Made by a program: the position numbers and the translations under genes. DNA of 64,000 nucleotides from Nitrosopumilus sp. (GTDB taxonomy: Archaea > Thermoproteota > Nitrososphaeria > Nitrososphaerales > Nitrosopumilaceae). The notes beneath the pieces are model-generated. The model did not search any database. It was given only the letters and a program-made list of their open reading frames with translations, and had not been told where the DNA came from. This document shows, in pieces, positions 39,200 to 48,860 of the stretch; the stretch's first letter is position 1; every line of letters begins with the position of its first letter. Location: contig OY759726.1 of assembly GCA_963662625.1 (NCBI GenBank), positions 1,600,001-1,664,000 of the forward strand. The letters are read 5' to 3'.

Positions 39200-39760
39200 G
39201 TGTTGAGGCTAGTGGTCGGGATCACGGGCAGCACGGGCGCGGCGTACGGGATCCGCATGCTCGAGGTGCTCAGGGACATGGGGGTGGAGACCCACCTGGT
39301 AATGTCAGCGTGGGGCGCGAAGTGCATCGCCATGGAGACGGGGCGCGACGCGGACTATGCGCGGTCCCTGGCCACCGCGTCCTCCGACGACGGTAACATG
39401 GCGGCAAGCGTCTCCAGCGGGTCGCACAGGGTGGACGGGATGGTGGTGGTGCCATGCAGCATGAAGACCCTCTCCGCCATCGCAAACGGATACGACGACA
39501 CGCTCATAGCGCGCGCGGCGGGCGTCGCCATCAAGGAGTCCAGGAGGCTGGTCCTGGTGGCGCGGGAGACGCCGCTATCCGCGATCCACCTGGAAAACAT
39601 GCTGAAGCTGGCGCGGCTGGGGGTGGTGATACTCCCCCCGGTCACCGAGTTCTACACGTCGCCCAAGACCATCGGCGACATCATCGACCACTGCGTGGGC
39701 AAGTGCCTGGACCAGTTCGGCCTGGAGCACACTTTATACCCGAGGTGGGGATCCAGCTAA
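39200..39760 (+). CDS. ubiX: Flavin prenyltransferase UbiX
   Basis: GITGSTGA.YG, PCSMKTLSAIANG, RETPLS.IHLENM. Confidence 0.95.
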   Translation: MLRLVVGITGSTGAAYGIRMLEVLRDMGVETHLVMSAWGAKCIAMETGRDADYARSLATASSDDGNMAASVSSGSHRVDGMVVVPCSMKTLSAIANGYDDTLIARAAGVAIKESRRLVLVARETPLSAIHLENMLKLARLGVVILPPVTEFYTSPKTIGDIIDHCVGKCLDQFGLEHTLYPRWGSS

Positions 39761-39766
39761 GCTGCA

Positions 39767-40195
39767 TTGCCAAAGTTCTCCCTGGAAAAGATCGTGGGGG
39801 CCGGCGTCGAGAGGACGTTCGACGCCTTCGCCGACCCCCGGGGGCTGCAGGATGCGGCGCCGCGGCACTTCACCTCGGTCCGCGTGCTGTCTGCCAGGGG
39901 AGGCGTGTCGGTGGCAGAGGTGCACCTCGTCCTTGCCGGAAAGGAGCTAGTGATGATGACGAAGCACGTGGCCGACCGGCCCCGCACCCACGAGGTGTTC
40001 GTGATCGGCGGCAACGCGAAGGGCAGCCACATAGTGGAGAGGTACTCGCCGGCCGGGCAGGCCACCCGGGTCGAGGTAGACGCCGACCTGAGGCTGGACG
40101 CCGCGTCGAGGCTGGCCGGGCTCTTCGGCAGGGGCAGGGTCGTGGACGGCTATTCGGAGATCGTGGACGATCTTGCCGCGGCCGCGGAACGCTAG
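39767..40195 (+). CDS. SRPBCC/polyketide-cyclase-like protein
   Basis: Length and START-like pattern; coupled to ubiX. Confidence 0.7.
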   Translation: MPKFSLEKIVGAGVERTFDAFADPRGLQDAAPRHFTSVRVLSARGGVSVAEVHLVLAGKELVMMTKHVADRPRTHEVFVIGGNAKGSHIVERYSPAGQATRVEVDADLRLDAASRLAGLFGRGRVVDGYSEIVDDLAAAAER

Positions 40196-40398
40196 CCCTG
40201 CTTTGTCTCCTTGTCCTTGAAGTCCTTCAGCTCTTTCTCGCCCTCTATCTTCCCCTTCTCGAACTCGCCCTTGGCCTTGCCGAACGTCTTTGCCAGCTCC
40301 GGGATCTTCTTCGCGCCGAAGATGAATATGACGGCGATGATTATGATGAATATCCACTCCTGGCCGGCTATAAATCCCGCAAAATCCATTCCGAACAT
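40192..40398 (-). CDS. tatA: Twin-arginine translocase TatA
   Basis: IFGAKKIPELAKTFGKA. Confidence 0.93.
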   Translation of the reverse strand: MFGMDFAGFIAGQEWIFIIIIAVIFIFGAKKIPELAKTFGKAKGEFEKGKIEGEKELKDFKDKETKQG

Positions 40399-40524
40399 TA
40401 CGCCTTTACTTTGCGGATTTTAGATTTAAGTGTTCAACATCGCCTCCACGGGCCCCCCCAGTGCGGAAACCTGCCCCCGGGCCAAGGCGGGCAGGCTCCG
40501 GCCGGCGCCGCAGCGGCCAGGCGC

Positions 40525-40785
40525 CTACCCGTCCCTGCGGTACGTCACCCTCGGGTTGTTCGACAGTATGAGGCCGATGACGATCGACATGAGGGAAAGG
40601 AGCGTCAGGACGAGGAACATCACGATCGTCCCGGCCAACTCGTGGTACTCCTCGAACACCTTCACCAGGAATATCATGGCGCTGCCAAGGGTGCAAAAAC
40701 CCGCCACGAGGAACCAGTACCTTCCTGGCATGGTAAACCGGAACAGCGGCATTGGGAATGCTTGATCCGTGCATTTTAAATACAT
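40525..40785 (-). CDS. Small two-TM hypothetical protein (start uncertain)
   Basis: Two hydrophobic helices. Confidence 0.55.
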   Translation of the reverse strand: MYLKCTDQAFPMPLFRFTMPGRYWFLVAGFCTLGSAMIFLVKVFEEYHELAGTIVMFLVLTLLSLMSIVIGLILSNNPRVTYRRDG

Positions 40786-40891
40786 TTGACCCGCCGTGGG
40801 CCCGGATCCGGGGCCCGCCCGCGGTCGGGGGCGCCCTCCTCCCCGGCTAGCCGCCCCGGGATCCCGCGGACGCCGGCGGCGCCCCGCCGGG

Positions 40892-41674
40892 CTACGATCT
40901 GCGGTCCTTGCGCTCGATGGCCACCATGCCTGCCACGTACAGCGCTATCATGGGCCCGGCGATGAACCACATCGTGACGCCGCTCCCGTCTGGCGTGATC
41001 ACCGCGCCGAATACCACGATGGCGATCACCGCGTACCTGATGTTCCTCCTCCAGAACCCCGCGCCTGCCATGCCTGACTGCGTCACCGCGTACATGGCCA
41101 GCGGCAGCTGGAACGACAGCCCGAACGCCAGCAGGAACTGGAGGACGAACGTGACAAAGTCCATCACGTTGAGGAACGTGACCAGGCCGGCGGACTCTCC
41201 GTACCTGTACAGGAACTCCAGCACGTAGGGGATTATCAGGCTGTACGAGAAGGCGCACCCCGCGGCAAAGAGCCCGAGCGCCGGGAGCGTTATGGACCGG
41301 CCCGCGTGGATCTCGTTCTCCTTGAGCGCGGGCCTTATGAAGCCGACGAACTCCCTGACCATGACCGGCATGCCTGCCAGTATCCCCACCAGCGCCGCGA
41401 TGTACACCTGCGCGAAGAACGCCTGCCCGGGGGCCGTCTGGATCATCTGGACGTTTTCCGGGACCAGGCTCTGCCGCATGTGGTCGGTTATCTGCGCCGC
41501 CATGTTGTCAAGCGGCTCCGGGACGGGGTAGTACAGGGTGAACTGGTCCACCTGGACCGGCTCGGCGTGGAACGTCAGCAGGAACACAGTCACCGCCCCG
41601 ATCACGATCACCATGCGCAGGATCCTCCTCCTGAGCTCGTTCAGGTGGGCGTAAATCTCCTGGAACTCCGACAT
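40892..41674 (-). CDS. tatC: Twin-arginine translocase TatC
   Basis: HLNELRRR, FIRPALKENE, FQLP, ITPDGSGVTM. Confidence 0.95.
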   Translation of the reverse strand: MSEFQEIYAHLNELRRRILRMVIVIGAVTVFLLTFHAEPVQVDQFTLYYPVPEPLDNMAAQITDHMRQSLVPENVQMIQTAPGQAFFAQVYIAALVGILAGMPVMVREFVGFIRPALKENEIHAGRSITLPALGLFAAGCAFSYSLIIPYVLEFLYRYGESAGLVTFLNVMDFVTFVLQFLLAFGLSFQLPLAMYAVTQSGMAGAGFWRRNIRYAVIAIVVFGAVITPDGSGVTMWFIAGPMIALYVAGMVAIERKDRRS

Positions 41675-41704
41675 CTGGACTCCCTACCGCGAACTGCCTC
41701 TTAT

Positions 41705-42169
41705 CTATTTGCCGGGAATCGGGAGCAGCTTCGACTCGGGGAGCCCGGCCTCCTTCAGCTCCTCGTGGCCGGGGCCGTCGAACTCGAGCGACATCACCGC
41801 CTTCACGTTGAACTCCCCCTCCAGCGCCGCGGCCAGCTCCGCCAGCTCCGCGCCGGAGTACACCTCCCTGGAGCCCCTCAGGAACACCCTCTCCCCCTTC
41901 TCCATCGGCTTCCCGCCGTACCTGTCGTGGAGGAACTTCGTGATCGCGGGCAGCTCGCCCCTCGGGATGTTGTTGTGGAAATAGGTGATGCCCTTCACCG
42001 ACTCGTAGTCAAACGGCGTGCCGTTCCTGTAGAGGAACACCCCTATGAAGATCGCCTCGGATTCGGGCTCCCTGACGCACTTGATCTCCCAGTTCAGCAG
42101 GCTGGCCTCGTCGTACGAGAAGCCGCCTGCCTCCTCGGGGGTGATCTTCCAGTACCTTGACCTTGCCAA
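41705..42169 (-). CDS. Conserved-looking hypothetical protein
   Basis: TTG start after a TATA-like TTTATAA; host codon usage. Confidence 0.7.
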   Translation of the reverse strand: MARSRYWKITPEEAGGFSYDEASLLNWEIKCVREPESEAIFIGVFLYRNGTPFDYESVKGITYFHNNIPRGELPAITKFLHDRYGGKPMEKGERVFLRGSREVYSGAELAELAAALEGEFNVKAVMSLEFDGPGHEELKEAGLPESKLLPIPGK

Positions 42170-42343
42170 CGCGTAGGATCCGGGCCTCCTGTTATAAATT
42201 CCAATGCGCCGCGGCGCGCTCGGGCCGCGGCGGGGCGGGACGGGGCACACGCGCCCTCCAGCGGGCGGGCCCAGCCGCGGAAGGGCCCGCCGCCATCCTT
42301 ATTTTCATACCATCTTTTTATATGAAAAACACGCATACCGTCC

Positions 42344-42499
42344 ATGGCTATTCGCACGACCATAATGCTTGATCCGGCGCTCTCCGAGAAGCTCAGGGCG
42401 GTGCAGGCGAAGATGATAAGGTCCTCGTCGGGCTCGGTCAGCTTCTCCCGCGTGGTGAACCTGGTGATCGCCGAGGGCATCAAGAGATACCGGCCCTGA
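42344..42499 (+). CDS. 51-aa ribbon-helix-helix-like protein (not in the ORF track)
   Basis: MAIRTTIMLDPALSEKLRAVQAKMIRSSSGSVSFSRVVNLVIAEGIKRYRP; TTTATAT box ~21 bp upstream. Confidence 0.7.
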   Translation: MAIRTTIMLDPALSEKLRAVQAKMIRSSSGSVSFSRVVNLVIAEGIKRYRP

Positions 42500-42635
42500 G
42501 CGGCCCGGATCCGGCGCCCCGCCGCCCCTGCCCGGCGCGGCCGGGACGGCCCGAGCGGCCGCGGAGCTGCAAGCGGGCCCGCAGCTGCGCCCGCGCGCGG
42601 CCATGGCAGCCGGGCGGCCCGGGAATGTCGGCCAG

Positions 42636-43135
42636 GTACATCATCAGGTCCAGGGCACATGGCAGCCACTCCTGGGTAGTCAACACGGGTGATGCGGTGG
42701 GCTGACGCCGTCCCGACCAGCCTGGCCCCTCATGCGGCAGCGGCAGGGGGCGCAAGCACTGCAGGCGGCCCGGGCAGGGCGGGTACTGCAGGCGGCCACC
42801 GGGCCGCGCGGCTCCGGGAGCGGGCCCGGCGCGCCAGGCACGCCGTTCCCCGTGCCGTCATGGCTCACGAGCGAGAACGGCATGTCGCGCGCCCTCCCGA
42901 ACATGTCCCACTTCCTGTCCAGCAGGTGCCCCGGGAGCGCCCTGGCGGGGGACAGGCCATGCCTGTTGCAGGTGCGCGTGACCGCGGGCAGCACCGACAG
43001 CGTGTCCCTGCCCTCCAGGGCCACCGTCTTGTGCCGCGCGTTGCGCTGCGACATTGCCACGTCGCGCATCTCGCGCTTGGTGTTGTTGTTGTGTGGAGGC
43101 ATGCCCGCGAGCATCCCCACCAGCGCCGGAAGGTA
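42636..43135 (-). mobile_element. IS66-family transposase C-terminal remnant with right end
   Basis: GMPPHNNNTKREMR...RTCNRHGL; end GGACCTGATGATGTAC. Confidence 0.7.
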
Positions 43136-43167
43136 GATTAACGGCGGCCGGGACTTGCAACCTGTAC

Positions 43168-43425
43168 ATGGGAACGTACCGCGTCCACGTCGTAATAGAG
43201 AACAAGCCGGGAATGAGGGATCCTGAGGGCGAGACGATCCTCAACGACCTCGTGGTCAAGGCCGGGGCCGCCGGCGTGTCGGAGATACGGGCGGCCAAGA
43301 TGCTGAAGTTTACCGTGGACGGGGACGGCGAGGGGGACGCCGTGGAGAAGGTGCGCGGCATATGCGACGAGCTGAGGATCTACAACCCGCTCGTGAGCCG
43401 GGTGACGGTCACGGTCCCGGGCTAG
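43168..43425 (+). CDS. purS: FGAM synthase subunit PurS
   Basis: KPGMRDPEGETI...IYNPLV. Confidence 0.92.
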   Translation: MGTYRVHVVIENKPGMRDPEGETILNDLVVKAGAAGVSEIRAAKMLKFTVDGDGEGDAVEKVRGICDELRIYNPLVSRVTVTVPG

Positions 43426-43838
43426 CCCTTTGCCGCCCTTTCCACCGTGCCGTCTATGAGGAGCCTGCTGCGCAGGAACTCCGTCAGGTCGGTCTGGGTT
43501 ATGATCCCCGCCATCTTCTTGCCATCAAGCACGAGGAGCCGCCTGACGTTGCCGTTGAGCATCTTCCGGACAGCCTCCTCCACCGTGCTGTCCGGGGCGA
43601 CCCACTTGAACCTCCTGGTCATGATGCTGCCCAGCCTGACCTTCCCTGGAACCCTGTTCTTCGCCACGATCTTGTGGACAAAGTCCCTCTCGGTCACCAG
43701 CCCGACGGGCTCGGAGTCGCTGGTCACCACCAGGAAGCTGATCTTCCTCTCCTTGAGCACGGCCGCCGCGTCAAGCGCGGTCTTGTCGTCTCCTATGCTC
43801 ACGACGTCCCTCACCATGATGTCGCGGACGTGTGCCAT
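43422..43838 (-). CDS. CBS-domain protein
   Basis: VRDIM, GLVTERDF, VRRLLV, GIITQTDL. Confidence 0.9.
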   Translation of the reverse strand: MAHVRDIMVRDVVSIGDDKTALDAAAVLKERKISFLVVTSDSEPVGLVTERDFVHKIVAKNRVPGKVRLGSIMTRRFKWVAPDSTVEEAVRKMLNGNVRRLLVLDGKKMAGIITQTDLTEFLRSRLLIDGTVERAAKG

Positions 43839-43902
43839 GCCTACCGGCGGCCCCGCTCGCCTTAAATTTTTTTGGTTGGAAGTAGCGTACGCCATCAGGC
43901 GC

Positions 43903-44030
43903 AGCTCAGGCAAATTTACGCAAATAACCCACAAGCCTAGATCGCTACGCATTGATCCTGCCCCTCCCAAGCCACCACATGGCGGATTCCGAGGCTACGG
44001 TTCTGCGCAGGGAGCTTGCAAGGGGCGTTG
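43903..44030 (+). mobile_element. IS66-like left-end remnant
   Basis: Reverse-complement match to ~8730-8841 (AGCTCAGGCAAATTTACG...GATCGCTACGC...CCCCTCCCAAGCC). Confidence 0.65.
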
Positions 44031-44329
44031 CCCAGTATTCAATTGTGCGGAAAGCCGGTCCGCGCCGGATCAGGAGGACGGCGGCCGGCCATTTTGGGCC
44101 GTGCCGGCCACGGAAGGCCATGACAGGGAGACCTGCCGGGGGGTTCCTGGAGTGCCCGGCCAGGCGGCGAGAGAAGGGCGTGCCGGCCGCCAGGGTGGCG
44201 GCGGGCCCCGGAACCGCCGCAAGGCACGTGCGGGGGCCGTGGGCGAGGTTCCTGGAGGCAGGAACGACATGGGCGGGGACCCTCCCGGGTTCCGGAAGCC
44301 CACCGCGTCCGGGGCGGGGCCCCTGGACC

Positions 44330-45665
44330 CAGTACTTGAAAATGTACTAGCCGGCAGACGCCTGGTTGGGCCAGGCCCGGCCGCCATACGCCGCGCACGC
44401 GGCCAGCCTCGCCATGTACTCCAGCATGACCGCCAGCCGGACCGGGGCGGTGTCGCGCCTCCCGTACCACCCGGCGGACCATTCCGCCGACATCATCCAC
44501 GGGTCGTGCATGACCAGCGCCATGAAGAACATGAACGTCCTGACTGAGGGGTTCGTGCTGGTGGTCCTGGGCCTGGCCTTCTCGGCGTCCCCGTGCCCCG
44601 TCCCTGTCCCCCACCTCTTCCTGTACTCGTCGGGGACGTCGGCGGCTCGGACCGCCCTGCCGGCGCCGGCGTTGGTGGCGTACGCCAGGTGCCCCTCCTG
44701 CGCGTCCCCCGGGCCCCGCCCGTCCTCGCCCTCCTTCGGGACCATCGCCAGGGCGGACGGCTCCCTGGCCCTCCCGTCCCGGGGCGCCGGGCGTGCGGGG
44801 ACGCCGCATCCCTCTCCCCGCGCGCGTGCTCCCCCACGGCCCCCTTCGCCCCGGCCGTCCGCGACGCGGGCATGACGAGCCCGTGGCCCGGCCCGGACAG
44901 CTCCCCGACGGCCCCTGCCGAGAAGAAGCCCCGGCCCGGCAGGACCGGCCCCGGGCGGACGCCCGCGCCAGTGCAGTCACGCAGCAGTTCACGCACGGTC
45001 TCGGCCCCCGTGCTCCCCTTCTTGGGCCCGCGCGCCGGGTCCGGCCCCGGCCCGTCCACCATCTGGGCGGTGGCGTACCCCTCGAAGCGCGACGTCCCGT
45101 TCCCGTGCCTCGCGCGCACCAGCTGCTCCCCCCCGGTGGCGGGGTTCCTGCCGTGCCTGGGCATCGGGCGGCAGGCCGGGGCCACGGCGTGGGACGCCCC
45201 CCCCACGATGATCCCGGCGCGACGGGCCCCGCGCACCGTGGAGCTCAGGGCGTCCCTGCACCTGCCCTCCATGGTGCCGGGATCCCGGCACGCCCCCCCT
45301 ATCCTGGACAGGAACCACGCCGACGACGGCACGCGGCGGGGCCCGTGGCGCACGGCGAGCGCCCCGGTGGCGCCCGACGCGCACGAGCGGTTCCCGCACG
45401 CCGGTACCGGCACGCGCACGGGGCCGGCCATGCCGCACGCGGCGTCGTGCCGGCCCGAGAACCTGATGCCCGCCTTCCCAAGCAGCCGTGGCAACGTTTT
45501 AAACGCCTTGCCCACCACCTCAAGCCGGCGCCCCCGTGGTTCGTTTTGGTGGTACACGATGGATGACAGGGGCGCCTGATCCATTGGTTTTTCTGTCCAA
45601 AACGTTCACGGATCGTGTCAAAACATGCTGGCCGGTGCCCCGCGGGGGTACATTTTCAACTACTG
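44330..45665 (-). mobile_element. Degenerate ISH3-family IS with 5-bp TSD GGACC
   Basis: TIRs CAGTACTTGAAAATGTAC / GTACATTTTCAACTACTG; GGACC at 44325 and 45666. Confidence 0.88.
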
Positions 45666-45698
45666 GGACCGGGGCGCCGGGCCCATGAACCCCAGGCC

Positions 45699-47035
45699 CA
45701 GTAGATCGAAATGTACTAGCCGCCAGACGACTGGTTGGGCCACGCCCGGCAGCCATCCGTCCCGCCCGCAGCCATCCCCACCATGCACTCCAGCATGACC
45801 GCCAGCCGGATCGAGGCGGTGTCGCGGCTCCCGTACCACCCGGCGGACCATTCCACCGACATCATCCACAGGTTGTACATCACCAGCGCCATGAAGAACA
45901 GGAACGTCCTGACCGAGGCGTCCGGGCTGGTGGTCCTGGGCCTGGCCTTCTCGGCGTCCCTGTACCCGGTCTCTATCCCCCACCTCTTCCGGTACTCGTC
46001 AGGGACGTCGGCGGCGCGCACCGCCCTGCCGGCGTCCGCGTTGGTGGCGTACGCCAGGTACCTCTCCTGCGCGTCCCCCGAGTCCCACCCGTCCTCGCCC
46101 TCCTTCTTCGGGACTATCACCAGGGTGAACGGCTCGCTGGCCTTCCTGTCCTGGGGCGTCAGGGCGTGCGGGGACACCGCGGCCCTCTCCCCGCGGGCGT
46201 GCTCCCCCACGGCCCTCTTTATCCCGGCAGTCCGCGACGCGGGCATGATGAACCTGTGGCCCGACCCGGACAGCTCCCCGACGACCCCTGCCGAGAAGAA
46301 TCCCCGGTCCAGCAGGACCAGCCTGGGGCGGACGCCCACGCCAGCGCAGTCACGCAGCAGCTCGCGCACGATTCCGGCCCCCGTGCTCCCCCCCTTGGGC
46401 CTGCACGCCAGGTTCAGCCCCGGCCCGTCCACCATCTGGGCGGTGGCGTACCCCTCGAAGCGCGACGTCCCGGACCTGTGCCTCGCGCGCACCAGCTGCT
46501 CCTCCCTGGTCGCGGGATCCCTGTCGTACCTGGGTATCAGGTGGTAGTCCAGGGCCACGACGCAGCGGATCCGCCTGAGGATCCTCGACCGCCCGGCATC
46601 CCGCACGGTGGATGCGAGGGCGCCGGCGCACCGCTCCCGCATGGCGTCCGGTTCGGGGCACGCCCCCCGTATCCTGGAGAGCACCCACGCCGACGACGGC
46701 ACGCGGCGGGGCCCGTGGCGCACGGCGAGCGTCCCGGTGGCGCCAGACGCGCACGCGCGGTCCCTGCACATGGACACCAGAACGCGCACGAAGTCGGCCA
46801 TGCCGTACACGGCGTTGTGCCGGCCCGAGAACCCGATGCCCGCCCTCTCCAGCAGCCCGGGCAACATTTTAAACGCCTTGCCGGCCACCCTGAGTCGGTG
46901 CCCCTGCGGTTCGTTTTGGTTGTACATGACGGATGACAGGGGCGCCTGATCCATTGGTTTTTCTGTCCAAAACGTTCCAGTGCCAGGTCAATACATGCTG
47001 GCCAACGCCCCACAGGGGTACATTTCGATCTACTG
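45699..47035 (-). mobile_element. Apparently intact ISH3-family IS, perfect 18-bp TIR, 5-bp TSD AGGCC
   Basis: CAGTAGATCGAAATGTAC at both ends; AGGCC at 45694 and 47036. Confidence 0.9.
45716..46954 (-). CDS. ISH3-family DDE transposase
   Basis: VALDYH, LLDRGFFS, YRKRWGIETGYR. Confidence 0.88.
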   Translation of the reverse strand: MDQAPLSSVMYNQNEPQGHRLRVAGKAFKMLPGLLERAGIGFSGRHNAVYGMADFVRVLVSMCRDRACASGATGTLAVRHGPRRVPSSAWVLSRIRGACPEPDAMRERCAGALASTVRDAGRSRILRRIRCVVALDYHLIPRYDRDPATREEQLVRARHRSGTSRFEGYATAQMVDGPGLNLACRPKGGSTGAGIVRELLRDCAGVGVRPRLVLLDRGFFSAGVVGELSGSGHRFIMPASRTAGIKRAVGEHARGERAAVSPHALTPQDRKASEPFTLVIVPKKEGEDGWDSGDAQERYLAYATNADAGRAVRAADVPDEYRKRWGIETGYRDAEKARPRTTSPDASVRTFLFFMALVMYNLWMMSVEWSAGWYGSRDTASIRLAVMLECMVGMAAGGTDGCRAWPNQSSGG

Positions 47036-47420
47036 AGGCCGCACCGCCCCCGGGCCAACGGGAAGGCCGGGAGGCCCTTCCGGGGCGCGGGGGACGGGAC
47101 ACGGCGCCACGGGGGCATGCCCGGGCACGCCGGGCACTGCAACGGGGACAGGCTGCACCTCTCCCCGGGCACCGGCAACTGCCAGACCCCGCTGAGGGCC
47201 TTCCACGACAGGGAGGCCGCGGACGCGATCAGGAAAGGCGACCCCAAGCGGGTGGAGGCGGGCACGGCTGGCTGGCGGACCGACTTTTCATACCGTACCG
47301 TGCGGCATGGGCAAAAACCGGCAGGGCGGCGGGCACGGATGGCTGGCGGACCGACTTTTCATACACTACAAGCAGGCTAACTAGATCGATGCCTTTTTAA
47401 CCCCCCCCCCATGGTATCGC

Positions 47421-48860
47421 ATGGCAATCGTAGCGTTGTCCGTGCTGTTGGTGGCCGCGTGCGTAGTGGCCGCAGGCTGCCTTGACGTGGCATATGGCTC
47501 GGCTTTTACCCCCGGCTCGTTCGTGACCACCTGGAAGACAGCATACCCCAACGAGACCATAACAATTCCGGTCGGCGGTGCCACCGGCAGCTATACGGTG
47601 GACTGGGGGGACGGCAGCACCACCACACAGGCGGGGAATGCTACGCACACGTACGCGGCGGCCGGCACCTACACCGTCCAGATATCGGGCGACTTTACCA
47701 GGATCTTCCTGGCCAGCGACAGCACCAACGCGGCTAAGATGCGCTCCATAGAGCAGTGGGGATCCACCCAGTGGGATACGATGGAAAGCGCGTTCCGTTA
47801 CGCGCAAAACATGGAATACCGCGCAACGGACGCCCCCAACCTGTCCGGCGTGGCCGACATGGGATCCATGTTCCTTGGGGCCTACGAGTTTACCGGAGAC
47901 CCCTCGTCCTGGGACGTCTCGTCTGTCACCGACATGTCCAACATGTTCCGCAACGCCTTTGCCTTCAACGGCAACGTGTCGTCCTGGGACGTCTCGTCTG
48001 TCACCGACATGTCCGGCATGTTCGTCAACGCCAGGTCCTTCAACCAGCCCATCGGCGCCTGGAACACCTCCAAGGTCACCGACATGTCCGCCATGTTCGT
48101 CAACGCCACGTCCTTCAACCAGCCCCTCAACTCCTGGGACGTCTCCAAGGTCACCGACATGTACAGCATGTTCTGGAAGGCGTCGTCCTTCAACCAGCCC
48201 CTCAACTCCTGGGACGTCTCGGGCGTGATCAACATGTCCAGCATGTTCCAGAACGCCACCTCCTTCAACCAGCCCCTCTCCTCCTGGAACGTCTCAAGCG
48301 TAGAAGATATGTCCTACATGTTCCACAACGCCACGTCCTTCAACCGGCCCCTCGCCTCCTGGGAAGTCTCGCGCCTGGACAACGCGTCCGGGATGTTCTT
48401 CCAAGCCACCTCCTTCAACCAGCCCCTCAACTCCTGGTACATCTCTTCACTCAGAAACGTGAACCACATGTTTGAGAAGGCGTCGTCCTTCAACCAGCCC
48501 CTCGACAACTGGAACGTGTCGAGGATAGACGGCATGAAGGACATGCTGTTCGCCACACCCTTCGCCCAGAACCTCGCGCCCTGGTACATAATACCGGAAG
48601 ACACCGAGGTGGAGCCGGGCCAGGCGGTGGTCACGACCATCTCCGCCCAGAACTCCTACATCGGCAACCGCGCCTCGTACACGCTGGCACCAGAGGACGA
48701 CTATTCCCATTTCACCATAAGCGGCCACCTCCTAAAGTCGATCTCCCCCAGCTACGCAAAGGAGACGTACGACATCACCATCCTGGCCAAGGACGTGCTC
48801 GGCCTGCCAGAGGGGGTGTTCCACCCGATGGAAATTACCATCACCGTAACGCAGCCCTGA
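47421..48860 (+). CDS. PKD + DUF285 surface protein
   Basis: Signal peptide (VAYG), PKD, ~10 repeats. Confidence 0.92.
   Translation: MAIVALSVLLVAACVVAAGCLDVAYGSAFTPGSFVTTWKTAYPNETITIPVGGATGSYTVDWGDGSTTTQAGNATHTYAAAGTYTVQISGDFTRIFLASDSTNAAKMRSIEQWGSTQWDTMESAFRYAQNMEYRATDAPNLSGVADMGSMFLGAYEFTGDPSSWDVSSVTDMSNMFRNAFAFNGNVSSWDVSSVTDMSGMFVNARSFNQPIGAWNTSKVTDMSAMFVNATSFNQPLNSWDVSKVTDMYSMFWKASSFNQPLNSWDVSGVINMSSMFQNATSFNQPLSSWNVSSVEDMSYMFHNATSFNRPLASWEVSRLDNASGMFFQATSFNQPLNSWYISSLRNVNHMFEKASSFNQPLDNWNVSRIDGMKDMLFATPFAQNLAPWYIIPEDTEVEPGQAVVTTISAQNSYIGNRASYTLAPEDDYSHFTISGHLLKSISPSYAKETYDITILAKDVLGLPEGVFHPMEITITVTQP

Larger units (their letters stand above)
44039..47370 (+). mobile_element. IS481-family element carrying two nested ISH3-family insertions
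   Basis: Ends TCAATTGTGCGGAAAGCCGGTCCGC ... GCGGACCGACTTTTCATACACTACA; its ORF is continuous once the inserts are removed. Confidence 0.8.
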
